Positions 8,866 through 15,472 of a stretch of DNA of 16,753 nucleotides are shown piece after piece. Location of the stretch: the IMG/VR virus record IMGVR_UViG_2778261300_000003; one strand, 5' to 3'. Source of the stretch: a virus. Lineage: Duplodnaviria; Heunggongvirae; Uroviricota; Caudoviricetes. Below the pieces are notes generated by a model that ran no database searches, had not been told where the DNA came from, and was given only the letters and a program-made list of their open reading frames with translations. Numbering within the stretch: position 1 is the first letter of the stretch; every line of letters begins with the position of its first letter. Both the position numbers and the translations under genes were made by a program.

Positions 8866-9915
8866 TTACGCCAGTACGCCAATTGCCAGCGCGCGATCGA
8901 TAAAACGAAATATCAGCTCCAGTTGGGAGCCATACTTATCTTCAAATGCCACTGTATCCGTATGCAGCTCGTTGTGATGCTTTCTGCACAAAGGCAACAC
9001 AAAGAGATCATGTGCTTTTGTTCCCATTCCGCCCTGCCCGTGACCAATCAGATGATGCGGATCGTCGGCTGGCATACCGCAGCAAGCACACGGCTGTGTC
9101 TTAACCCAACGTGTGTATTTCTCCTTAACCCAGCGGCGACGTTTAGGCAGCTTCATGAAAGATTCCGGAGACTCTGGATCAACGGTGATGCTTACCACCG
9201 TCTTTTCCTGTGGTGATTTTTGTTGCTGGTGGGCGTAAGGCAACGGTGCAAGATTTTTTGTGCGTTGTTTCAATATGCTGGTGGCGGTCTGCTCTCCCGG
9301 TACGATGTCGCTTTCGCGGTACACCGAGCAGATTTTTTCCGCTGGTAATCCCAGCGAACGACGCGATACAGCCTCAGGTAGTGCATCCACCACCTGATTG
9401 CAGACCGCCCACCAGGATAATTCAGCCAAAGATAATTCCCGCTCCTGCGTACCGCTTATTGCGTGACGGATGACGTCAATCACCCATGCTGTCAGATTTT
9501 GTTGAGCAAGCAGCTCCAGTGATTCCGATGTCTGGTCACGCAGTTGGTTGTCGCAGTGCCAGCACAACACCATTGCGCCGGTACCATAACGGTGAATGAC
9601 TGTTTCAGTGTGATGGTAATCGCCATTAGGCCACTGGCAGGATGTAACATGACGTAATAGCCAGTCGGACAATGCGCCAACGCCGCCAGCAGCACGAATC
9701 ACCCGTTCGTTACTAAAAAACGGCAGCAATGTTTTGTCTTCCGCCAGCGGCTGGCGAACGGCAGGAACGACTCCGGATGGCAGATTACGCATGCTTTTTG
9801 GTTCCGGTTCCACCAGCACTCGAGGATTATGAAATATCTGTATGGATTCACGGCCCGGCTTAAGGACCACCAGCCCAAGCTCAGGCACCAGAACAGGTCT
9901 AAGTAATACCCGCAC
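8866..9915 (-). CDS. YdfU-like (DUF968) protein with C-terminal Cys/His HNH-like motif
   Basis: Frame open from 9954, but the 9954 start is a GTG with no SD; a GTG at 9915 is preceded by GGAGG (4-nt spacer) and gives 349 aa. C-terminal region has CACCG...DDPHHLIGHG...HDLFVLPLCRKHHNELH, resembling HNH/zinc-finger nuclease motifs. Family name from recollection. Confidence 0.55.
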   Translation of the reverse strand: MRVLLRPVLVPELGLVVLKPGRESIQIFHNPRVLVEPEPKSMRNLPSGVVPAVRQPLAEDKTLLPFFSNERVIRAAGGVGALSDWLLRHVTSCQWPNGDYHHTETVIHRYGTGAMVLCWHCDNQLRDQTSESLELLAQQNLTAWVIDVIRHAISGTQERELSLAELSWWAVCNQVVDALPEAVSRRSLGLPAEKICSVYRESDIVPGEQTATSILKQRTKNLAPLPYAHQQQKSPQEKTVVSITVDPESPESFMKLPKRRRWVKEKYTRWVKTQPCACCGMPADDPHHLIGHGQGGMGTKAHDLFVLPLCRKHHNELHTDTVAFEDKYGSQLELIFRFIDRALAIGVLA

Positions 9916-10205
9916 GTTACCTCCAGATCCGTTGCTGGAAAGTGCGGGACGCACGTGGTGGGCGTTCGGAATAAGGCAGCCTGACAGAGATTATCCAGTG
10001 CCGATATCTTCACTCGATTAACGCCAAGCGCTCGCTGATCAACCGCGCCACCTTCATCTGTGACACGCTGAACATCGATGTTCGGGCGCTCTTTCAAAGC
10101 CCAGAATGCTTCAGTGATTAATATCGTCGCCTGCTCCTGTGTCATTCCTGGTCGACATATCCAGGCATCCAGAGCCTCACGAGCCTGTTCAGGAGTGATT
10201 TTCAT
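9699..10205 (-). CDS. rem: Rem-like protein; ORF here is 168 aa and overlaps the YdfU-like start in another frame
   Basis: ATG at 10205; N-terminal about 80 residues (MKITPEQAREALDAWICRPGMTQEQATILITEAFWALKERPNIDVQRVTDEGG...) look protein-like and Rem-like; the C-terminal half (W/C-rich, CGYYLDLFWCLSLGWW...) looks like out-of-frame translation of the ydfU 5' region. Confidence 0.45.
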   Translation of the reverse strand: MKITPEQAREALDAWICRPGMTQEQATILITEAFWALKERPNIDVQRVTDEGGAVDQRALGVNRVKISALDNLCQAALFRTPTTCVPHFPATDLEVTCGYYLDLFWCLSLGWWSLSRAVNPYRYFIILECWWNRNQKACVICHPESFLPFASRWRKTKHCCRFLVTNG

Positions 10206-10416
10206 TGTTCAACCGCCCCGCCCGCTTCGTCTTACGATATTCGTCATAAACTTTGGGATCATACTGAAGCTCCCCGCCAGATGCCTCCTGTAGACGCATC
10301 GCGCGACCTTCAGGAACCAGTATCCCCCAAGCAGCAACACTTGCCAGTCTCACTCCTGCGGCATTGGCAAGCTTTGTTTTGCTGCCAAAAAAAGTAATTG
10401 CGTCAGCTTTAAGCAT
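10189..10416 (-). CDS. dicC: Cro-type repressor, DicC-like (75 aa)
   Basis: ATG at 10416 with SD AGGAGG 5 nt upstream (the track start at 10419 is a TTG). MLKADAITFFGSKTKLANAAGVRLASVAAWG...EGRAMRLQEASGGELQYDPKVYDEYRKTKRAGRLNNENHS, with an HTH in the N-terminus; divergent from the DicA-like gene. Confidence 0.75.
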   Translation of the reverse strand: MLKADAITFFGSKTKLANAAGVRLASVAAWGILVPEGRAMRLQEASGGELQYDPKVYDEYRKTKRAGRLNNENHS

Positions 10417-10428
10417 CAAAGCCTCCTA

Positions 10429-10448
10429 TTGTTAGACTTTTCTAACAT
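10429..10448. promoter_or_regulatory. Operator-like inverted repeat in the dicC-dicA intergenic region
   Basis: TTGTTAGA-cttt-TCTAACAt, a near-perfect 8-bp inverted repeat with 4-bp spacer, between the divergent repressor genes and overlapping the dicC SD region. Confidence 0.5.
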
Positions 10449-10496
10449 TATTGTGCGCGGGATACCTAAGTCAAGAAAAATTAGAATTACCTAACT

Positions 10497-10904
10497 ATGG
10501 ATACAAGAACCCTAGGCCAGCGAGTTCTGGCGCGACGAAAAGAATTACGCTTAACACAACGAGAAGCTGCGCGCCTCGCTGGGGTTGCTCACGTCACAAT
10601 TTCACAATGGGAAAGAGACGAAACCCAGCCAGTCGGAAAACGATTGTTTGCTTTAGCGGATGCTCTGAAGTGCTCACCTACATGGCTAATGTTTGGTGAC
10701 GAAGACAAGGCACCAGTGCCGGCACAAGAACTTCATGTGGAAACAGAGCTAACTCCCAACCACAAAGAATTGATCGAATTATTCGATGCTCTTCCATCTT
10801 CCGAGCAGGAAGCCTTGCTGTCTGAAATGCGCGCAAGAGTAGAAAACTTCAACAAACTCTTCGAAGAAATGCTTAAAGCGCGTAAAAATAAATCAATAAA
10901 ATAA
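10497..10904 (+). CDS. dicA: Prophage repressor, DicA-like (XRE-family HTH, cI analogue)
   Basis: MDTRTLGQRVLARRKELRLTQREAARLAGVAHVTISQWERDETQP... N-terminal HTH (QREAARLAGVAHVTISQWE); C-terminal SPTWLMFGDEDK...EMRARVENFNKLFEEMLKAR resembles K-12 DicA as recalled. Confidence 0.85.
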   Translation: MDTRTLGQRVLARRKELRLTQREAARLAGVAHVTISQWERDETQPVGKRLFALADALKCSPTWLMFGDEDKAPVPAQELHVETELTPNHKELIELFDALPSSEQEALLSEMRARVENFNKLFEEMLKARKNKSIK

Positions 10905-10939
10905 CATTCTTTTCAAGTGATTAGTTGCGCCCACTCTTT

Positions 10940-10959
10940 TTGTTAGACTAATCTAACAA
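10940..10959. promoter_or_regulatory. Perfect operator palindrome upstream of the dicB-operon promoter
   Basis: TTGTTAGA-ctaa-TCTAACAA, a perfect 8-bp inverted repeat with the same half-site as the 10429-10448 element. A weaker related repeat lies at about 10978-10994. Confidence 0.55.
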
Positions 10960-10965
10960 AAAACA

Positions 10966-10994
10966 CTTGCCTCTTATGTTAGGTTATTCTAAAT
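10966..10994 (+). promoter_or_regulatory. Candidate promoter of the ydfABC-dicF-dicB operon (pL analogue)
   Basis: TTGCCT (10966-10971), 17-nt spacer, TAAATT (10989-10994), directly downstream of and overlapping the operator-like repeats. By-eye sigma-70 match only. Confidence 0.35.
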
Positions 10995-11072
10995 TACTTT
11001 CCATCAAGACACCGCACGGTGTTCTCAGCAAACAGTTCCGCTACCCCGGCGTTAAGGGGAAATGAGGTCAGC

Positions 11073-11228
11073 ATGGATACTATCGATCTTGGCAACAGCG
11101 AATCTCTGGTGTACGGCGTGTTTCCAAACCAGGACGGCACGTTCACCGCAATGACGTATACCAAAAGCAAAACGTTTAAAACCGAAAATGGTGCCCGTCG
11201 CTGGCTGGAAAGAAACTCAGGTGAGTGA
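11073..11228 (+). CDS. ydfA: YdfA-like small protein (51 aa)
   Basis: ATG at 11073 with SD GAGGT; MDTIDLGNSESLVYGVFPNQDGTFTAMTYTKSKTFKTENGARRWLERNSGE. The track ORF starts upstream at 11019. Confidence 0.65.
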   Translation: MDTIDLGNSESLVYGVFPNQDGTFTAMTYTKSKTFKTENGARRWLERNSGE

Positions 11229-11229
11229 T

Positions 11230-11358
11230 ATGGATTTCGACACAATCATGGAAAAGGCTTACGAAGAATACTTCGAAGGCCTTGCCGAAGGCGAAGAAGC
11301 TCTCAGCTTCAGTGAGTTTAAACAGGCGCTTTCCAGTTCGGCAAAATCTAACGGCTGA
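11230..11358 (+). CDS. ydfB: YdfB-like small protein (42 aa), not in the ORF track
   Basis: Hand translation: ATG at 11230, 2 nt after the ydfA stop; MDFDTIMEKAYEEYFEGLAEGEEALSFSEFKQALSSSAKSNG; TGA at 11356-11358. Confidence 0.5.
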   Translation: MDFDTIMEKAYEEYFEGLAEGEEALSFSEFKQALSSSAKSNG

Positions 11359-11387
11359 TAAGCGAAACAGCACCGCGAGGAATCAGT

Positions 11388-11606
11388 ATGCAGAAACGAG
11401 AACCCGTCATCATCGCGCCAGACTATACCGATGATGAACTTTATGAGTGGATGCGCCAGAAAATTAATGCAGCGCAGGATCTGAAATGGGCTAATGAAGC
11501 CAGGGCTAAGCAGGCTGAAAATCTGTCCGCTCTGGAGCAGGATATCACCAATCTGGAAAAAGCAGCGGCATTAAGCATTGCCAGAATGATTACATACCCG
11601 CGTTAG
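11388..11606 (+). CDS. ydfC: YdfC-like protein (72 aa)
   Basis: ATG at 11388 with SD GAGGAA; MQKREPVIIAPDYTDDELYEWMRQKINAAQDLKWANEARAKQAENLSALEQDITNLEKAAALSIARMITYPR. Confidence 0.65.
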   Translation: MQKREPVIIAPDYTDDELYEWMRQKINAAQDLKWANEARAKQAENLSALEQDITNLEKAAALSIARMITYPR

Positions 11607-11946
11607 TAGCTAATCAACAAAGCTAAGGTTAGTAATTAAGGAGTTCTCCACGGGTGAGGTGGAGTGCGTGCGCCGGACACGGGTGCGCATCCGGAACTGA
11701 CAGTTTACTGAAAGGATATTTCCCTGAAAAGTCAGACCATAACGCGAAAGCGCACGGCGAGGTAGCTGGTTCATAGATAGCCTGTCGTTAAATTTTCGTC
11801 GACCGTGCGCTTCCGGTTGTGGCAACCCGCGAAATGGCGCGGCGGTAAGTATGGCGGGGTTATTCCTTCCCCGTTGAGGACACCGGGTTGTCAGGTTGAC
11901 CATACGCTTAAGTGACAACCCCGCTGCAACGCCCTCTGTTATCAAT

Positions 11947-12004
11947 TTTCTGGTGACGTTTGGCGGTATCAGTTTTACTCCGTGACTGCTCTGCCGCCCT
12001 TTTT
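11947..12004 (+). ncRNA. dicF: DicF small RNA (ftsZ-targeting antisense sRNA)
   Basis: tttctggtgacgtttggcggtatcagttttactccgtgactgctctgccgcccttttt matches DicF as recalled; it ends in a GC stem (ggcgg...ccgcc) plus U-run and lies between ydfC and dicB. The upstream 330 nt is GC-rich and structured. Confidence 0.7.
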
Positions 12005-12173
12005 AAAGTGAATTTTGTGATGTGGTGAATGCGGCTGAGCGCACGCGGAACAGTTAAAACCAAAAACAGTGTTATGGGTGGATTCTCTGTATCCGGCGTT
12101 AATTGTTAACTGGTTAACGTCACCTGGAGGCACCAGGCACTGCATCACAAAATTCATTGTTGAGGACGCGATA

Positions 12174-12362
12174 ATGAAAACGTTATTACCAAACGTTAAT
12201 ACGTCTGAAGGTTGTTTTGAAATTGGTGTCACTATCAGTAACCCAGTATTTACTGAAGATGCCATTAACAAGAGAAAACAAGAACGGGAGCTATTAAATA
12301 AAATATGCATTGTTTCAATGCTGGCTCGTTTACGTCTGATGCCAAAAGGATGTGCACAATGA
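12174..12362 (+). CDS. dicB: Cell-division inhibitor DicB (62 aa)
   Basis: ATG at 12174 with SD GAGGA; MKTLLPNVNTSEGCFEIGVTISNPVFTEDAINKRKQERELLNKICIVSMLARLRLMPKGCAQ matches K-12 DicB as recalled. The track ORF starts upstream at 12069. Confidence 0.85.
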   Translation: MKTLLPNVNTSEGCFEIGVTISNPVFTEDAINKRKQERELLNKICIVSMLARLRLMPKGCAQ

Positions 12363-12550
12363 ATTCAGCATTTGTGCTTGTTCTGACAGTTTTTCTTGTT
12401 TCCGGAGAGCCAGTTGATATTGCAGTCAGTGTTCACAGGACAATGCAGGAGTGTATGACTGCAGCAACCGAACAGAAAATTCCCGGTAACTGTTACCCGG
12501 TCGATAAAGTTATTCACCAGGATAATATCGAAATCCCGGCAGGTCTTTAA
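12359..12550 (+). CDS. ydfD: YdfD-like small membrane/lysis protein (63 aa)
   Basis: ATG at 12359 overlaps the dicB stop (ATGA). MNSAFVLVLTVFLVSGEPVDIAVSVHRTMQECMTAATEQKIPGNCYPVDKVIHQDNIEIPAGL with an N-terminal hydrophobic segment. Confidence 0.75.
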   Translation: MNSAFVLVLTVFLVSGEPVDIAVSVHRTMQECMTAATEQKIPGNCYPVDKVIHQDNIEIPAGL

Positions 12551-12642
12551 AACAGTTCCGTAATAAATATCCGGTTTCATTCTTATATGCCAGCAATGGC
12601 AGGGATTTGTTCATCCTTAAATCTGTCATGAGGTTAAAACAA

Positions 12643-15114
12643 ATGAGTAAAGTCTTTATTTGCGCCGCTATTCCTGACGAACTGGCAACAAGGGAAGAAG
12701 GCGCTGTGGCTGTAGCCACAGCCATTGAAGCTGGCGACGAACGCCGTGCTCGAGCAAAATTTCACTGGCAATTCCTGGAACATTATCCGGCTGCTCAGGA
12801 CTGCGCTTATAAATTTATTGTCTGCGAGGATAAACCTGGCATACCCCGCCCTGCCCTCGATTCATGGGATGCTGAATATATGCAGGAAAACCGCTGGGAT
12901 GAGGAGTCTGCTTCTTTTGTCCCGGTTGAGACTGAATCCGATCCGATGAACGTCACTTTTGACAAGCTGGCCCCTGAAGTACAGAACGCTGTCATGGTTA
13001 AGTTCGACACATGTGAAAACATCACCGTTGATATGGTTATTAGCGCACAGGAATTGTTGCAGGAAGACATGGCAACATTCGACGGACATATCGTTGAAGC
13101 GTTGATGAAAATGCCAGAAGTTAACGCCATGTATCCGGAGCTTAAGTTGCACGCCATTGGGTGGGTTAAGCATAAATGTATTCCTGGTGCTAAATGGCCC
13201 GAAATTCAGGCAGAGATGCGCATCTGGAAAAAACGTCGCGAAGGTGAACGCAAGGAAACCGGAAAATACACGTCTGTTGTTGATCTCGCCCGCGCCAGAG
13301 CCAATCAACAGTACACTGAAAATTCAACAGGAAAAATCAGCCCGGTCATTGCTGCCATTCATCGCGAATACAAGCAGACATGGAAAACACTGGATGACGA
13401 ACTGGCCTACGCTCTCTGGCCTAGTGATGTGGATGCCGGAAACATTGACGGCAGCATCCATCGCTGGGCAAAAAAAGAAGTTATCGACAACGACCGCGAA
13501 GACTGGAAGCGTATCTCGGCATCAATGCGCAAACAGCCTGATGCCCTTCGCTACGACCGCCAAACTATTTTTGGCCTTGTCCGTGAGCGTCCGATCGACA
13601 TTCACAAAGATCCCGTAGCACTGAACAAATATATCTGCGAATACCTGACGACAAAGGGCGTGTTTGAGAATGAAGAAACAGACCTGGGCACTGTTGATGT
13701 TCTCCAGTCATCAGAAACACAAACTGATGCAGTGGAAACTGAGGTATCTGATATCCCAAAAAATGAAACCGCGCCGGAAGCTGAACCATCTGTAGAGCGT
13801 GAGGGGCCGTTCTATTTCCTCTTCGCAGATAAGGACGGAGAAAAATACGGTCGCGCAAACAAACTCTCTGGTCTGGATAAGGCACTGGCTGCTGGCGCCA
13901 CTGAAATCACAAAAGAAGAATATTTTGCCCGAAAAAATGGCACATACACGGGCTTACCGCAAAATGTAGATACCGCTGAAGATTCAGAACAACCAGAGCC
14001 GATAAAAGTTACCGCTGACGAAGTAAACAAAATTATGCAGGCAGCCAATATCAGCCAGCCTGACGCCGATAAGTTGCTTGCTGCATCACGTGGTGAATTT
14101 GTTGAAGGGATTAGTGACCCGAATGATCCGAAATGGGTTAAGGGGCTCCAGACCCGCGATTCTGTGAACCAGAACCAGCATGAATCGGAACGGAACTACC
14201 AAAAAGCGGAACAAAACAGTCCAAATGCGTTACAAAACGAGCCAGAAACGAAACAGCCTGAACCAGTAGCGCAACAGGAAGTGGAAAAAGTCTGCACCGC
14301 CTGCGGTCAGACCGGCGGCGGCAACTGCCCTGATTGTGGCGCGGTGATGGGCGACGCAACATACCAAGAAACATTCGATGAAGAGTATCAGGTTGAAGTT
14401 CAGGAAGATGATCCGGAGGAAATGGAAGGCGCTGAACATCCACACAAGGAGAACACTGGCGGCAATCAGCATCACAATAGCGATAATGAAACTGGCGAGA
14501 CGGCAGATCACCCAATTAAGGTGAACGGTCATCACGAAATCACATCCACCAGCAGGACGTGTGACCATCTAATGATCGACCTTGAAACCATGGGAAAAAA
14601 TCCTGATGCCCCGATCATCTCAATAGGTGCAATATTTTTCGATCCGCAAACCGGAGATATGGGACCGGAATTTAGTAAGACTATCGATCTGGAAACTGCT
14701 GGCGGAGTCATTGATCGGGACACCATTAAATGGTGGCTTAAGCAATCACGCGAAGCGCAATCTGCCATTATGACCGATGAAATCCCGTTAGATGATGCAC
14801 TGTTACAATTGCGAGAATTTATCGACGAAAACTCCGGTGAATTTTTTGTTCAGGTTTGGGGAAATGGAGCCAACTTCGACAACACGATTTTGCGCCGTTC
14901 ATACGAACGGCAGGGGATCCCCTGCCCGTGGCGTTACTACAACGATCGCGATGTACGCACAATCGTTGAGCTGGGGAAAGCCATAGACTTCGATGCCAGA
15001 ACGGCTATTCCATTCGAAGGTGAGCGCCATAATGCACTTGATGACGCCCGTTACCAGGCAAAATACGTTTCAGTTATCTGGCAAAAACTGATCCCGAGTC
15101 AGGCTGATTCTTAA
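12643..15114 (+). CDS. Large exonuclease: RecE/YdfE-like N-terminal region and zinc-ribbon linker fused to a C-terminal DEDDh (DnaQ-like) 3'-5' exonuclease domain (823 aa)
   Basis: ATG at 12643 with GAGG upstream (track start 12607 is a TTG). CTACGQTGGGNCPDCG zinc ribbon around 14294-14340. C-terminal domain (about 14560-15114) carries Exo I MIDLETMG, Exo II WGNGANFD and Exo III HNALDDARY motifs, read directly from the translation. The N-terminal two thirds resemble the Rac RecE N-terminal region and K-12 YdfE as recalled. Confidence 0.8.
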   Translation: MSKVFICAAIPDELATREEGAVAVATAIEAGDERRARAKFHWQFLEHYPAAQDCAYKFIVCEDKPGIPRPALDSWDAEYMQENRWDEESASFVPVETESDPMNVTFDKLAPEVQNAVMVKFDTCENITVDMVISAQELLQEDMATFDGHIVEALMKMPEVNAMYPELKLHAIGWVKHKCIPGAKWPEIQAEMRIWKKRREGERKETGKYTSVVDLARARANQQYTENSTGKISPVIAAIHREYKQTWKTLDDELAYALWPSDVDAGNIDGSIHRWAKKEVIDNDREDWKRISASMRKQPDALRYDRQTIFGLVRERPIDIHKDPVALNKYICEYLTTKGVFENEETDLGTVDVLQSSETQTDAVETEVSDIPKNETAPEAEPSVEREGPFYFLFADKDGEKYGRANKLSGLDKALAAGATEITKEEYFARKNGTYTGLPQNVDTAEDSEQPEPIKVTADEVNKIMQAANISQPDADKLLAASRGEFVEGISDPNDPKWVKGLQTRDSVNQNQHESERNYQKAEQNSPNALQNEPETKQPEPVAQQEVEKVCTACGQTGGGNCPDCGAVMGDATYQETFDEEYQVEVQEDDPEEMEGAEHPHKENTGGNQHHNSDNETGETADHPIKVNGHHEITSTSRTCDHLMIDLETMGKNPDAPIISIGAIFFDPQTGDMGPEFSKTIDLETAGGVIDRDTIKWWLKQSREAQSAIMTDEIPLDDALLQLREFIDENSGEFFVQVWGNGANFDNTILRRSYERQGIPCPWRYYNDRDVRTIVELGKAIDFDARTAIPFEGERHNALDDARYQAKYVSVIWQKLIPSQADS

Positions 15115-15186
15115 TGTTCAACTGTCGCCGGTTGTGACTGGTATTCTGCAACCGGCGCTCGTCTGATGTAAGAGATAAAGAAATCG

Positions 15187-15438
15187 ATGAGCGAAGTAAT
15201 CATGATTGTCTCTCCCGGCAAATGGGTATCCGAAGAGCAGTTAATTGCGCTGAAAGGAATAAAAAAAGGTACGTTAAAAAAGGCCCGGGAAAAATCGTTT
15301 ATGGAAGGAAGGGAATATAAGCATGTCGCTCATGACGGTATGCCATGGGATAACAGTCCATGCTTTTACAACCTGGAAGAAATTGATCGCTGGATTGAGC
15401 GCCAGGCATCAGCGAGACCAAGACGTCATCTTACTTGA
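15187..15438 (+). CDS. Excisionase-like protein (lambda Xis family)
   Basis: MSEVIMIVSPGKWVSEEQLIALKGIKKGTLKKAREKSFMEGREYKHVAHDGMPWDNSPCFYNLEEIDRWIERQ... The GREY..H segment resembles the lambda Xis winged-helix core; it sits immediately upstream of the integrase. Confidence 0.55.
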   Translation: MSEVIMIVSPGKWVSEEQLIALKGIKKGTLKKAREKSFMEGREYKHVAHDGMPWDNSPCFYNLEEIDRWIERQASARPRRHLT

Positions 15439-15472
15439 CTAAAAGCCACACTAACTAATGAGAGAAGTTGAA

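Noticed and set aside
8762-9695. ORFs 8762..8977 (+), 8851..9216 (+), 9210..9473 (+) and 9492..9695 (-)
   Set aside because: Alternative-frame or antisense ORFs inside the YdfU-like gene; the third minus-strand frame in 9700-9950 was hand-checked and contains stops.
10078-10699. ORFs 10078..10293 (+) and 10451..10699 (+)
   Set aside because: Antisense to the rem/dicC genes, or an alternative frame of the DicA-like repressor.
10994-11945. ORFs 10994..11245 (-), 11176..11373 (-), 11225..11434 (+) and 11610..11945 (-)
   Set aside because: They overlap the ydfA/ydfB/ydfC frames or lie in the structured RNA leader; translations are Arg-rich or low-complexity and lack SDs.
11975-12725. ORFs 11975..12310 (-), 12365..12580 (-) and 12510..12725 (-)
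   Set aside because: Antisense to dicF/dicB/ydfD, which are supported by recognisable sequences and SD/ATG signals.
12725-15114. Eight internal ORFs inside the exonuclease gene (12725..12949 through 14792..14986)
   Set aside because: All lie within or antisense to the 823-aa exonuclease frame, which is continuous and carries conserved nuclease motifs.
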